Of a stretch of DNA of 64,000 nt, positions 28,630 through 43,959 are shown one piece after another. Made by a program: the position numbers and the translations under genes. How positions within the stretch are numbered: the stretch's first letter is position 1; every line of letters begins with the position of its first letter. The DNA is from Octopus sinensis (lineage: Eukaryota), in assembly GCF_006345805.1 (NCBI RefSeq), contig NC_042999.1, forward strand, positions 120,528,001-120,592,000. The letters are read 5' to 3'. The notes beneath the pieces are model-generated. The model saw nothing but the letters and a program-made list of their open reading frames with translations, was not told the DNA's origin and searched no databases.

Positions 28630-29345
28630 GAGGTGGCAGAACTGTTAGCACGTCGAACAAAATACTAAGCAGCATCTTCTCCGTCCCTACATTCTGATTT
28701 CATATTCCTCTGTGGCTGACTTTGTCATTCATCTTTTCAAAATCGAAAGGATGAAAGACCTTGAGCACTGAGGTCGACGTAATTGGTTTATCTCCACCCC
28801 ATAAATTTCAGGCCTTGTGCCTAATATAGAAAATATTAATATGTGATGATGAGTATTACTATTAAAGCAGCGAACTGTCTGAATCGGAAGCACACTAGAC
28901 TCTATAATTAGCGGCATTTCGTCCATCTTTTCAGTCTATATCGAAATTACACAAAGTTCGTCCTTGTTTTTCATTCTTTTGAAGTCAATAAGTTAAGTAT
29001 CAAATGCGGCGAGCTGGCAGAAACGTTAGCATGCCAGGCGAAATACTAAGCGGTATTTCGGCAATCTTTATGTTCTAAGTTCAAATTCCACTAGGTCAAC
29101 TTTGTCTTTCACCCTTCCGGGGTCGATAAATTAAGTACCATTTGTGTACCGGCATCGATCACAATCTAATCGACTGATCCCATCCCCAAAGAATTTCGGA
29201 CCTTGTACTTAGAGTAGAAAAGAAGAAGATAAGTATCAGTCTAGTGCTAGGTTTGAAGTTATCATTTATCTCCCTCTAACGAAATTAGTGGGCTTGTGCC
29301 CAAATTTGAAAACGTTATTATTATTGTTGTAAGGTAGCGAGTTGG
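28630..29345 (+). mobile_element. Head-to-tail chain of 4-5 OR2-like SINE copies/fragments
   Basis: Heads at about 28630, 28862, 29006 and 29335; 3' fragment at about 29228-29330. Confidence 0.75.
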
Positions 29346-30079
29346 AAAACACACAAAATACATGAGGAGAAAGACCTTCAAAAGGGAGAGTTCAACTTGG
29401 ATTGGGCATTTGAGGGTCCCTACCATGCCTCACTTTGAAGAGAATCAATTCACACCTCGAAGGAAAATGGATGGAGTTGTGGTCAAAGACCACAGTGGAT
29501 ATCGTCTCCCTATTCAAACTAGAGGAAGTGGAAAAGTTCACCACGTCTAATCCTCCTGCCCAATGGAGTAGATTTCCGTGTTGTGATTGATGTCAGTAGG
29601 CCAAACCGGTGCCTGTTCTGAGCGAAACGCCACTTAAGATCATTGTTTGCTCAATAAATTGCGTTAGAGAGGACTTCAACTGCTGTCGACACCGTAGTCA
29701 CAAAGGCAGCAAAAGTGTACAAGAGTGACACAAGCTGCAGCAGTGAAGCAGTCAACAACAAAGACAGTAGTATTCACCCCAAAACTAACAATTGTAAGAA
29801 CAGGAAGGCGAGCAGCAGCAACAGCGACATCCAGGATAGCGAATTCTAAATCCACCATCCAGGAAAATATCTATCCAAACCCCCTTTCTATTATTCCTCC
29901 TTTCGCTTCGACTTTTTGGAATATATACATAGATACGCAAGCAAGCATCTCTCAACTCCCTCTCGCCTCAGATATACCTAATCTGAAATATCATCTTGCG
30001 GGATGTAACAGCTTAGCGAATAGAAGAAAAGACAAACGAATTTTTTAAAAAGTACTTATGATCTGACCGAGTCACACAA

Positions 30080-33000
30080 CTCCATCCAGGAATGGCTTTT
30101 GGTTGTTGATTTTAGCGAAATGTCTTGGAAGAGACTTTTCCTGATGTTTCAGTATACTTATATTGAGATTGTTACCTTTACAAGAGGTGTGAGTTACCAT
30201 TGTTGTGGATATTAATGAAGTTAATCATCCTTCTTAGTATTTTACTGCTAGTTCACGTTTCATGTTGTCTATAACTGTTTGTTAATTTACTGTTTTTCTA
30301 TAGGATTTTTTCCTGTTTCCTTATTTAGTTGTTTGATGCTGAGTTTTATTGCATTTGTCTATAGTTTTGGTATATTGTGTTTGAGGTTGTCACTAGATTT
30401 CATGAGGTTAGCTAATTCTGATGTGTAATTAGGGATATACTTTAGTATGTTGTCTTGTACAATATTTCACTTATACGCGCCGATGATTATTTTGTGAAAT
30501 GTATTTACTGCAATGTTTTTTGTAGTGACTGTGTTGTCGCTGAATTCTTAATTTTTTTAATGAAACTTGCTGTATTGCGTTATGTTTTCAGGTGTTGGTA
30601 AAAGTATTATGTTTTCTTCATGTAATGATGTTAGTTAGTAGGTGATAGAAGGAACATTGTTGAACAGTTTGCCAAATTTTTGTGGTGGTCAGCTCTGTTG
30701 CAAAATGGAATACCTGGGAAAATTTTGTTGTAAATGATGATCTGTTAATATATGTAAGTGTAAGTGTGGATGATTAAGATGTGAAGTGATTCTCGGAGTG
30801 ATGCCTTGTTGAATGAACTGGGAACTCACCCAATGACGGTATTCGTGGGAGTGTGGAAATGTGGTTGTTAGTGTGTGAAAGTGTATTTATAAATTTGGTT
30901 GAAAAAAGATTGACCGTGTTTGTTGCATAAAAGGCTTCATTGCCATTTTTCCAGCTTTTTTTAAAAAATTACACTTAACTTGGACGGGATTCGTTCCGTA
31001 CACACGTTATACACACGTTATCAACAATGAACTATAAACATTTATATAACTTTACAAAATTTCAATGACTTCAGAAGTCACTGAATATTCAAACCAACAA
31101 AAATATCTTCTGCTTCATATTTCAGTTTATAATAGAACAAGTAAACAGAGGAAATATATTAGAAAATTCTTATTGTGCTGTTCATTACATAGCAGGTGTA
31201 TGTAAATATTGTTAGCTAACAATTGAATATCTTCAAGTTGATTTCCCTTGTCAGTATGGTGCAGGGAAGATAAGCCGTACTTTGTCTAGCGAAGATGCTA
31301 GTTCTCTCACTATATGCGATTACTATGTTCTTTATAGTCTCACCGTTCTCAAAAGCGAATTCTACAAATTATTATTTGAAACACGCTTTATTTATATTTG
31401 CTTTTCTAGTAGGAGATGATGCAATACCTTTACAGCAATTGCCTTCTCTACAACGATACTGTTGGAAGGAAAATAGCTTTAAACCTGAAATTTGGCGCGA
31501 ATGCTAACAACAGAGCGAACCACGATAAAGATACTCACGGTACCAGGTGGTGGTGTTAAATCGGGCGATGTATTAATAAATTTACCACTCAAGCATGGCC
31601 AAGCGAGATTTGATATCGAAAAGAGGTGGGACAGATGTCACAAGCTATCCATTCCGACGTTCTTATAGTTCTGCTCATCGCATACCTGGGCTGGTGTGCT
31701 CTATCGACTTTGAAAAAATGACAGGCAAATGTTATTTCCGTGAGATAAAATGGTGAGGGATTTTCAGAACAATCTACTTCGTATTGGTATTTTAATATCA
31801 TTAGATTTTTTATTTCATGTTTACAATGGGAAACGAATAGTTTTAGAAGCATTTAAAAACGATATTGCACCTGTGGCATCTGAAGGGTATTGGCTGCCAT
31901 TGACTTTCCTTTTCTGGTAGTGTTGACAAGTTTTGAACGTTGTAGAATTATCGTTTGACTATTATTATAGGCGTGACCATCATGTCTTTTCAGGGACAAT
32001 ATAGTCAATATTCGTATATTTATCCTCATTGGTCTGGCTTAATATATTCTGTATTTGTGTATTCCATGATTATGACCAGTTTTAACATGATGTGGTAGTT
32101 TCTGTGGAACACCTTAATGTAATTTCTTGTTGGAATGTAATTGAGTTTATGCTGTATGATTTACGTTTCGTGTTAATTTACCTGATGTGATTATAGAAGA
32201 TATGCGTTCTGTGGTTTATGCTTATAATATTTCGTAGCACATCTGTTGAATACGATTCGGATGAACTGATCTGATTGATCTGGTGCATGAAGTATACTGC
32301 AGATGCTGTTTTTATATGAGTTAATATCGTGCAAGTTTATTGGATAGTAATTCTGCAGAATATCTTCTGTGAATTGCCATTTTACTTTGTGAGGATTTGG
32401 ATCAGCATGCGTTGCTTGGGGTAGAAGCAAATAAACTGTGTGAAATGAACCTACAAAATTGAAAATGCATTATGGAGGTGCAGTGTGTATCTTGGGTGGC
32501 TTTTTTGATTTATATAGATGTGTCACGCATAAGATGTTTTATGTTGGTAGTGATAATGTTCTTCCAGGTATACCTATTACTCCAGTATTTATTGGTGCTG
32601 TTTTGACACCCAAGACCCACAATCTGTTTATTTGCATTTCATGATATTTGTACTCTGAAACGTGAACACGGCTATCGATTTAGTCGTACCTCTATGTATA
32701 CTTTAATTTTTTTTCAGACTAGATTGCAACAGGGTATGTGTGCGAATCTCTTATGAAGTGATTGAAATGTGTATCGTTCGTGTTGTTATGTTTAGCATGT
32801 GGAATCAGACCTTCACATTCTGTTTTTAGCTGAGATTTCACAATAACTTTTCTGTTGAATACTGCAAAATACTGCAAAATATTGTTCAGGAAGTAAGTTT
32901 ACTTTTCGGTTTTTCTTTTGTATATTTTGAAATTTCGTTTCATACTGTCGATATTAATTCCAGTGTGGTGGTAAAGATACACTACTAGTAATTTCCTGAG

Positions 33001-33800
33001 TTCGTTTCAAAACACTTGACGTCTAATTTATATTGGAAGTGCTTAAATTTATACTTGTTGACTACAGTATTTATATATATAATCTATAAATAACATTGAA
33101 TACAGTCTTTGCTATTGGGATAATTCTTCTTTGTTACACGTTTGTAATTAATGCTTCCATTTCAGACTGTGATAGTTTATTAGTTTCTTCTTTTCATATT
33201 TCTCTGAATGGTTCTTATTCAATCCTCAGATAAGTCTTAGATAAGTATAATCAGTTTCCACTAATTTGCTTTTCCTTAAGATACCTCTAAAATATTTCTC
33301 TAGTCCAATACTAAAATTTAAAGAGACCGAATTCGTGAACAATAAATTTTTAGTAGGTTCTCCATTTGCTTAGTGTCAGTTGTGAATGATTTTTACACAT
33401 CTTTTTAAACGAAAACTTTTCAAATTTGTAGCACCTCTATCTATTAGTAATTTCAATGTACAGCAGTTTTAATATAGCCAATGTTAGACAGATGAATAGA
33501 CGTTAGAAGGAACTTTCTAAACAGATTACACTTCTTATGACTAGAACTATGTTTAGACTGTTGACAAACAAGTTATACTCTTTTCATGTTAAGAGTTTTC
33601 TGTTTTCTCTTGAGTATGTAGAATTGATATCGTTTTTTTCTTTTAGCAATCATTTAGAGGATAGCCTTAATCTGATTACCAGGTCATTAGAGGCTGTTGT
33701 CATAGAATCATGCGTATTTGCCTGACATTTTAGCAAAACAAAAATACGGTATTTTAATCAATCCCAAATGCATTCCATTATAAACAGCTTTAAATGGGTT
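30080..33800 (-). mobile_element. Heavily decayed non-LTR retrotransposon, probably R4/Dong-like
   Basis: Minus strand is A-rich; PNFRFKAIFLPTVS...KAIAVKVLHHLL at about 31400-31500 resembles P.NYRPITCLPT; KPFLDG near 30090 resembles KPLHG. Confidence 0.35.
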
Positions 33801-33869
33801 AATGAGTTCTTTGTTAGTGAGTAATGTTGTTATTATTAAGTTTTAGGTACTTTGTTGAATCTAAAGTAA

Positions 33870-34175
33870 TCTTTAGTGCAATAGCACTTCTATTTACTGC
33901 ATGTCATATGTACGTGTAAGCCCTGGTGATTTGGTTATCTACTTCACTTCGTATTTTCATTCATTCAATTCCATGACCTTATTGTAGGAATTCTTTTTTG
34001 CTTTACAATTCTGATTATCCTTACTTCCAAATTTTTATAGTTGGTTAAGTTTGTTATATCTTCACTCATAAGCTGTCATATGATGGGACTTACTCTCTCC
34101 CAAACTAATTATCTTTTATTTCCCTGTTACAGTAGCATTTTCATTGTGTAAGATATTTGTCTGGTGTGTGTTTAT
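33870..34175 (-). mobile_element. Old R4/Dong 3'-end fragment
   Basis: ITKSPGLTRTYDMQ resembles ITKTPGLTNTYNIQ of the 2475-4521 element; acacaccagacaa resembles acacaccagaaaa. Confidence 0.55.
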
Positions 34176-35261
34176 TCAATCATTCATTTATCAGTATTTT
34201 ATAATGCAAATATAATTTTAGGACTGTAGAAAACCTAATTCTTGCAGTGCATAGTTTTTGAGTTTACTATAGTAATGTGTTCCACTGAAACTCTCACATT
34301 GTAGGTAGACGGTATCGAATATGTACATTTAAATATTTCTCAAACATTTAATCCAGTAAAGATGGAAGCTTCGAAGACCAAGGTTGTCTCGTTATTGGCA
34401 TCATTCTTTTAACCTATCATGTAAAGAAATGTTTTTTCATTTGTAATATGTATTTTGAAGCAAAATGTTTCTTTGTTAGCTAGTACTATGAAGCAGTTTC
34501 AATCTGCATTAAAATTATTTCATCTTATAATTACGTCAAAGAATATTTTGAGGTCATAAATGCCACACTTTGATCCTCATATGCTTTTGTATATGGATGA
34601 ATTATAAAGCAGAATTTCTTTGTTTTCATTTATTCTATGCTAAAATTTTGAATGTAGCAGATTTAAAGCAGCAGTCAATTATCTTATGTGGGTATTACTG
34701 TCTAATCTATAGAAAATTATTTTCTTAATTTTGTTAAGTTCATCTATGTCTTGGAAAATTTTACGTTTAATTACGTTATATATACTAAACAACTTTCACG
34801 TGCATTTTCTAATACAAATATGTATGTTTCTATAATGCGTGACTAATTAACCAAACATAAACAGAATTAAACAAGTAATGAGGTAATGTTTCGTGTCTTT
34901 GAAATATATAATTTTTATTGCTTTTCAGGCAACAGGTTTAGGATTTACATAAACATATATGTGCGCATGTATGTGAGTGTGTTCGTCTATGTATATATGT
35001 AAGCTTATTTTTCTTTCTATTTCAGATAGTTTCTGCGCTTAGAACTCTTAATAGAGTTTCTGTATAAAATGTATAGATGTGTGTGTGCATGTGTGTGCGT
35101 GTGTTTTTGCGCGCGCACGCACGCGCGTGTGTATGTTGTATGTATATAAATGAATCCAACACCGTATATGTATTTGAACTTGCTTTATTACAAAAGAAAA
35201 TTTCGCATACATATTTAATAAGGTTTGAAATGATTCAAAAGCCATTTCAAAACGATCAGAA

Positions 35262-35465
35262 GTCTTTCCAGACCAATCGGCTCATAAGATCGGTTTCCCA
35301 GAGTCTGTGACTTTAATATTTCGCTTTTGGACGAGCGCAGTTCCATTGCCCGATTGCTCACTTTTGCCGGGTGAGGGAACTAGAACAACGGAAAATGAAG
35401 TATTTTGATCAGGAACGCAATGCATCGCCATGTCCAGGAATCGAAATCACAATCTTACGATCATT
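35262..35465 (-). mobile_element. Degraded tRNA-derived SINE
   Basis: Reverse complement gatcgtaagattgtgatttcgattcctgg (B-box-like) followed by a core-like region. Confidence 0.55.
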
Positions 35466-36534
35466 CTGCCTAAAAAAATGGATCTACAAAATTTTACATT
35501 TTTATCTTTTCCGTTTTCTTCCATAACTTCTCGTTAGCTGCGCTTTTCCTCCCTTCCCCCCCTTCTTATACAACTTATACTCAGATTTCATGATAATTTA
35601 ATTATGTTACATAAGCTGAAGTGTGAAACGGAGTTTAAAGTTTTAATAATATGCTACACCTGAGTATATTCAGAGATACTTTTATGACAAGACTATCAAC
35701 AACATTTTGTGTATTGATGAACTTAAATGTCATGTTCAGGCGACAAATTATTGGAAACAGTGTTACATGAAGGAAACTATTTCGAAGGAATTGACAAGAA
35801 ATTTGATTTCCAAATGCTACAGGAGTAACATTGAAAGGGACAAAATTATCACAAATACTTGATATCAAGTTACATAACAATTAGAGTTTCAAGAAAATTA
35901 TTGAACACAAACTTGCAAATTCTTAGAAATTGAAGTTGTAAACAATGAAGCATAAAAATAAATTTTACTGAGGAATATTGTAGATGCATTAGTTTAATAC
36001 TGAAAGCATAATCAAGTGGTAAAATGTAAAATAACAGTTGTAAATGCACAAGCTATTCCAAAAATAAATCTATTATACTTCGTTTAATAACAAGACTAGT
36101 AAAAAATACGATAATTTTGCAGTGCATTTAGAAAACACTATCTAAAATCGAATCAGGTATTTTTTCCATGAAGTGCAATACCGAAAACATATACATATCA
36201 ACAGTAGGACTACAGATATTTTTGATAAATAGTTCTGAGATTCGTATTAAAAGATGTTGCGGAAATTTTGTGTTGTATCGTGTTAGTAGAGTTATAAGTA
36301 AAGGGAAGTTTAGAGGGAACGCTACCGTAATGAGCAAACAATAGCTCGCATTTTTATTTTCAGTCCAGTTTTTGGGGATACGGGTATCTCAAAAAATCTA
36401 TTAGTAAGGAGGGTCTGGTTGTAGTACGGTGCATGATTGCTAAACATGTTTTCATTAGCAGTGATTTTGGAGATTTTGATGAAAACACCTTTGGATAATG
36501 TTATCTAAAACAGATTTAGGGTGATTAGATGAGA

Positions 36535-36537
<3 letters not shown>

Positions 36538-36625
<88 letters not shown>
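36538..36625. repeat. (TA)n(GA)n microsatellite
   Basis: Direct reading. Confidence 0.95.
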
Positions 36626-36630
<5 letters not shown>

Positions 36631-39426
36631 TGTAACTGCCCTTTGATGCGCAGTTGCTTCCGCTTAAATGTTGTGGGTAAATGGACCAGCACTAACCAAC
36701 TCCGTCAAGGTTTTGACGCTGTTATTTGTACATCTGAGTTCTTTCTCTGATAGTACCTGGAAACAATCTACCTCACTCAATACGTAGATACACCGCCTCA
36801 AGTCTGAGGATATATCCTATAACCTGTTGTGATCCATAATTTATGATGGAATTCCCTACACAAGAAATAGACCAACCCGTCAATTTTGTTGCTGTGAATC
36901 AACAATGCAGTCTCTCTTCAAATTTATTTCTCCAACAAAGCCTTTTCTCATTATCTTAAATCCTCATACTTCAACCGTAAGAACTACCATCTTTACAATT
37001 CTAGTTAACGCCGTTACTCTCCCGCTATTATTCATCCTCTCCTTCTCTTATCACCGTGCTATACGTTCCCTCCCACTTTTCTGATGTGTATTCCGCAGCC
37101 TTTACTCCATTCTTCACGTCGTCTTTATATTTATTTCTGTAGTTTCTACATATTTAAGCTACTGACATTTATTCACAACGTACCACTTGTGTCCCGTATC
37201 ACTGTCCACCCTTTGTCGGATCTCCCATTTCTATTGGTCATTTCCTTACCTTTACAACTTGCTTATCTTTCTATCCTCTGGTTGCCCTCAGCTAATATCA
37301 ACTAATGTCATCAAAGCATTAATTCCACTTTAATTACCCCAACTCTCTTCCCGCTCACTTCCTTCTGCACGTTTTTCTTACACTCCCACTCTACCCCTAT
37401 CAGCAGGACTTCCTTCGAACCTATTTATTTCCACATGCTGCTACTAAATACACTTTTAGTTGAAATCTTCTTAGAGCAACATGGCTTCGCTTCTCAGTTC
37501 TATAAGAAGTTGTGTCTTTCCATATACCTGCGACATTATACGTATTACATAACAAACGTAGTTATTACGTATACACATTTATATAAACTTACCTATTTTT
37601 ATATGCATATATGCCTATATATAAACATATACACAAGTAATACATATGTGTGAGAGTATGTGTAGTATGTGACTTTGTGTGTGCATGACTATGTGGAGGG
37701 GGTGTATGTGTGTTCTGATACCTCATTATAACAGCTGCCATCATATATCAGGTTGTTTGAATTTCATGTCAGGAATCATCAGACTGGTTTATGAAATCCA
37801 TTCATATCCAGTCAGAAGGACACAAATATGTAATTCTAATAAACAGATGTAAGGCGTCAGTTTATATAACCATGCAGAACTCTCATATGCTATTGAGTGC
37901 TGTTTTACCATTCTTGCTTTAACACGCCCGCTGGCGCGCAAACAAACGCTCCTACATAATTTTCGTATGTATATGTGTGTCTTTGCGTGTATTTATATAT
38001 ATATATATATGCATATGCACATGTGTGTGTATGTGGGTGTGCGTATTTGTATATAGAGAGAAAGGCACACTATACGCGCGTCTTATTCTTATCTTTTTCA
38101 TCTCAGTTAACTGTTATTCTCAACATATAAACAAGCAAACTGAAATGCTCTTTTCGAATCAATATTTTATCAACACACAATTGACGGTTTTTATGCTATG
38201 CCAAAGAAGAAAGCAGTACTATAGAAACATTTTGCATTAGTCAAATTTTCTGAATGTTTTTCTTTTCGGCTTGATTTCATTATTTTCTTCGTTCTTTATA
38301 TTGTTTTCTTATATGTTTTTATTAATCATCTCTTAAATCTGTTTGGATTACCTTTTAGTTATGTTAGTGTTTGGAAATTTAAATATTTTTCATTCTTATG
38401 ATTTTATATGTGAAGCATTTCATTCCTCTGTTATTCCAACTTTATTTGTAACATACGTGACAAATTTTGGAATATTTGAGTCTTAATGGTGAATATTTCG
38501 ATATTTATTGCTTAACTAATATTCTACAATGATCAGATAATTCAAATCTGATAACCGTATTGTTTCTGAGTACATATTATTAATTTATATTTTGATAAAA
38601 TATATGTATGATATATTATAAAATCTAGAATATATCCTATATTTAATTGCGAGTTAATTTCCCTAAGAATGCGTTGCTATATATATATATTTAAAACCTG
38701 CATTGAAAGGATTTTAAAAGCTGGTTGTTATTTCCTGTTTCATGATGTTAAGAGGATATCCAGCTAATTCGATAATTCTGCGCCTCTATAAATATTTCAA
38801 TCAGCCTAACTAGTTAATATCCATGCTTGTTTATATAGATTTACGAAATTAACATATTTGGTGGATCGTAATTCCCTGAATTCACGCTAAATCTCGCCGC
38901 AGTCTAGTAACAATTATTTTATTTTTGTTCAATATGTCGTGGGTGAGATGTTAGATTTGTTCAGTACTCAAGTGAGGAAGTTAAACTGGTCAGCCGAGAG
39001 ACACTATTAGATATGCTAACATACAAATTCGTGTAGATATTCTAACGTATAAATCGATCGATTATCTCCTACTACCTGCAATTTCCTAAGGGATCTAATT
39101 CGTAAAAGGTAATCTGCATTGCAATACTCCAGTATTTACTTAACAATGATTTTATCATGCTATACCTGTATAGTCAACAAGGTCACAATTTTCTATCCCA
39201 AGTTAACATTATGCTATTATGGATAACCAACAATACTTTTAGGCTATATTTCTGTTAATTTTTAATGGGTTATTTCAATTTGTAACATCGGTTCATTAGT
39301 CTGAGCTTGGCTTTGCTTTGAATCCTTTTGAGGTCGATAAAATCGGTACTAGTTGTACACTGAGGTCAAAGTCCTACGAAATTGCTGGCCTTTACTTCCA
39401 TTTAAAATCTATATTGGGTCATTGCT

Positions 39427-39645
39427 AAGGAGGTGAGCTGGCAGAATTGTTAGCACGCCAACCACTATGCTTGGTGGCATTTCTTCTGTTTTTACGTTCT
39501 GAGTTCAAATTTTGCCGCAGTCCACTTTGCGTTTTACACCATTGGGGTCGGCAAAATAAGACCCAGTTGAGCACTGGGGCCAGCGAGATCGACTTACGCC
39601 TTATCTCGAAATTGTTGCCCTCGGGTCGAAATTCGAAACAATATT
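39427..39645 (+). mobile_element. OR2-like CORE-SINE
   Basis: ggtgagctggcagaattgttagcacgcc...gttctgagttcaaat...ggggtcggcaaaataagacc. Confidence 0.8.
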
Positions 39646-40027
39646 GGTTCATTAGCACCAGACATTGTGATTTTACAAACCTCCCAAATTTATTTGATCA
39701 TTTACATCATTCCCACCCGTGACGCAACTGATTCTATGTATTGTGTATTTGATAGTAGATTTATAACAATTGTGTAGCTTGTTTCGCTATCCGTTGATCT
39801 TTCCAGAAATCCAGTATATTGAGAGTTTATATATTTTCTGGTCTCATTAATTTTATATTTTATATAACATCTAGACATATTGCTTGAAATCATATATAGA
39901 CATGTTCCTCCAAATTTTCTAGTTTGTTAGGTGTCAGTATTTATTTTTTGCAAGATGGAGAATTTTCCTTATTTTTTCCAAATTACAAGCAATAGATGTA
40001 GTAGCTATTCGTCCCACATTCACTGAT

Positions 40028-41245
<1,218 letters not shown>

Positions 41246-41805
41246 CTGTTACATCAAGCTAAAAAATTTGCGCCAGCCTTTTAATCGTCAATGTGTTGCC
41301 GTCCATGATGAAGAAGTTTTGAATGCTTGCCATCGTGAGTCTACTGTCGTGAGAAACAATCAATTCAAAACTTGGTGTTTAGGGATTTTCTTTTACATCA
41401 AATTCAAAATTTTACGTCAGCCGTTAAACTGTCAATACGTTGCTGTCCGTCGTTAAGAAATGCCAGCCATGGTGACTCTACTATCCTCAGATTCTATCCC
41501 TTCAAGCTTTGGTTTTCAATATTTTATTATTTTTATCAAGCTTGCAAGTTCGTCTGTCCCTTTTAAATGTTAGTGTTTTGCTGTCTGCCTTGAAGCAGAC
41601 CTTTCCGTTGTTACTGCCTGATATTTATGATTGATCTTTCTAAATATTTTATTTCTCAACTTACTCAAGATCTTTTGTTGTTTATAAATGGGAGAGAGAT
41701 AGATAAAGATAGAGAGTAACAGAAAGCGAGGGAGAGTCCGAGAGAAAGGAAGAGTAAGAGAGTTGGAAAGAGAGAGAGAAAGGAGAGAGAAACAAAGAGG
41801 GAGAA

Positions 41806-42125
41806 TCATCATCATCATCATCATCATCATCGCTTAACGTCCGTTTTCCGTGCTAGCACGTGTTGGACAGTTTAGCCGGGGTCTGGGAAGCCAGCAGGCT
41901 GCACCAGGCTCAAGTCTGATCTGGCAGTGTTTCTACAGGTGGATGCCTTTCCTAACGCCAACCACTCTGTGAGCGTAGTGGGTGCTTTTTTCGTGCCGCC
42001 GGCACAGGTGCCAGGGGGTCTGGCAGCGGCCACGATCGGTTGATGCTTTTTACGTGCCACCGGCACAGAAGCCAGTCAAGGCGGCGCTGCAATCCGCCAC
42101 GTTCGGATGGTGCTTTTTACATGCT
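41806..42125 (-). mobile_element. SINE/LINE-derived 3' fragment with (GAT)n tail
   Basis: Reverse complement contains ggttggcgttaggaaaggcatccac and ends in (gat)n; three internal gtgcttttt-gtgccNccggcac-like units. Confidence 0.65.
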
Positions 42126-42487
42126 GAAAGGAAGCAACAGAAAGTAGCAACCACACACTTACCCGCGCGTAGAGTGGGTCACCTTCAGCTAGTATATATA
42201 TATATATACACAGAAATGTACATGTGTCTAGAAAGGGATATGGGTTCGAGTCCCACGCGGATAGGAAAGCCTTCTTTTTTCAGTTGAACGCTTATATATC
42301 GTTATTAGACTATTTTCTTTAGTCATTGCACGGTGATCGCCATAAGCCTTAAGCTTATATCAAAATACCATTATTATCTAGAGGATGATAAAATACGCAC
42401 TGTATAATAAAACTATTCGCACCAAAAGCATATATATATATACATATACATATACATATATAAATACACACACACACACATATATAT

Positions 42488-42546
<59 letters not shown>

Positions 42547-43416
42547 CAGGTATGTCCTTTTCCAAGTACTTTAGAGTTTTATGTTTAATGTTTTCCTCAT
42601 CTCTTATTGTTATTCGATTAGTTTATTTTAAATCTCCTTTTTCTTCTTTCTCTCATATTATGCTGTCCATTCAAGGCTTTACTTCGCTACAAGCGGTAAT
42701 TTTGTTCAACTTTGCTTCTGCACGAATTTCCTTAAGTAGCAAATAACCTCTAATATCAAGGTACTATACTTTGCCAAGCATTTGAAAATTACCTAATTTT
42801 GTTTAATGTATTTGTTGATGTTTTCTGACTTAACGAGGCATTAAAATTGTTGGAAAGAATTACTTTTATTTCTTTTTGGTAAAGAGAATATTTTTCCCTT
42901 CCCAATGTTATACTTTTTTCTCTATATGTATATCTATCCTTCTGGTTTTGCCTTTCTTCCTTAAAACTGTATTTAGCTTTGTTTTCGTTTTGTTATGGTG
43001 GGTTCGTTAAAGCTCTGAGAATGCGAAGCTTGATTTGAATTTTATTCGGATTAGCAAAAGAAGTATTGTGTGAAGTTTTCAATATTATCACCTTGTTGAG
43101 GAACATTTTATTCGCGTGCATTGAATAAGTTCAATGGGAGTAAACTGAACACATGTGCAGAAAAGGCAGTTCTCAGATTTTGGAGTATTACTCAAACTCA
43201 TGATATTCGATGTTTTGAGAATCGATAACGCATATTCATAGTTTGCATTTCGTTAAAACGCGTAATGAAAATACAGCAATCTTAGTTATTTGAATTGTAT
43301 TAGATTATGGGAGATGACAATTAATTGTCATTAGATGAGGTATATTACGGAAAATCCTTATTCCATAATTTTCTGTTCTAGAATAACAAAAAAAAAGAAC
43401 CGGAATCTTCTAGTTA

Positions 43417-43470
43417 GATGGATGCTGATGAAGGAACAAAAAATCCTGAAATATGGTATATATGGCCATC
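43417..43470 (+). ncRNA. Second-family type I hammerhead ribozyme (partly degenerate)
   Basis: gatggatg-CTGATGA-agga/acaaaaaa/tcct-GAAA-ta/tgg/ta-TA-tatggccatc; 4-bp stem II; imperfect stem I. Confidence 0.5.
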
Positions 43471-43550
43471 ACCTACTTTTTTCATCTTCGATCTCACTGT
43501 TTGTTTACATCTGATGTCTCAGATACGAAACGTCATAACAAAATCAGTAC

Positions 43551-43728
43551 ACCAGTTCTATATTTAAGAGATGAGGAATTATGTACACTATTTACATTGT
43601 TTACATTTGACACGGATATTTGTCCTCATCTTGTTTGTTGTTAACACGTTTGCCCACGGGCATATGGCGTAGTAGTTAAGAGCGCGGACAACTAACCCCA
43701 AGATTCCGAGTTCGATTCCTGGCAGTGA

Positions 43729-43808
<80 letters not shown>

Positions 43809-43959
43809 TTGAAAAATACTTTAGGAATGAGAACCCAGGTTCGAAATTTCCCCAAGACACCTGATGAAGGATGGAGGGTATGTCAGCCGAAACGTAGTGT
43901 TAAAAACAAACATGATGAGGGAAAATATCCGTCAAATGTAAATAATGTAAATAATGTAT
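43551..43959 (+). mobile_element. tRNA-head + (AAT)n + HHR composite (copy C) with inverted 5' tail and an 11-bp TSD
   Basis: A box tggcgtagtagttaag (about 43665); B box gagttcgattcc (43708-43719); (AAT)n 43733-43806; aaaatcagtac at 43540-43550 and 43960-43970; 43555-43651 is the reverse complement of the family tail. Confidence 0.85.
43855..43901 (+). ncRNA. Minimal type I hammerhead ribozyme (copy C)
   Basis: gacac-CTGATGA-a-ggatgg/agggtatg/tcagcc-GAAA-cgtA-gtgtt. Confidence 0.7.

Noticed and set aside
29350-29900. Possible LINE ORF1 (LPNGVDFRVVIDVSRP)
   Set aside because: Only one vague motif, with no knuckle or adjacent ORF2 on that strand.
31600-31660. CDICPTSF...LGH C2H2-like motif (minus)
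   Set aside because: The second His is missing and it lies in a decayed retroelement region; not a host zinc-finger gene.
37755-37800. Minus-strand CTGATGA..GAAA motif
   Set aside because: No stable stem II or III and no valid cleavage triplet.
43658-43732. tRNA-like sequence as a true tRNA gene
   Set aside because: The acceptor and anticodon stems are imperfect and it is fused to repeat sequence; it is a SINE head. The same applies to about 55530-55598 and 42240-42270.
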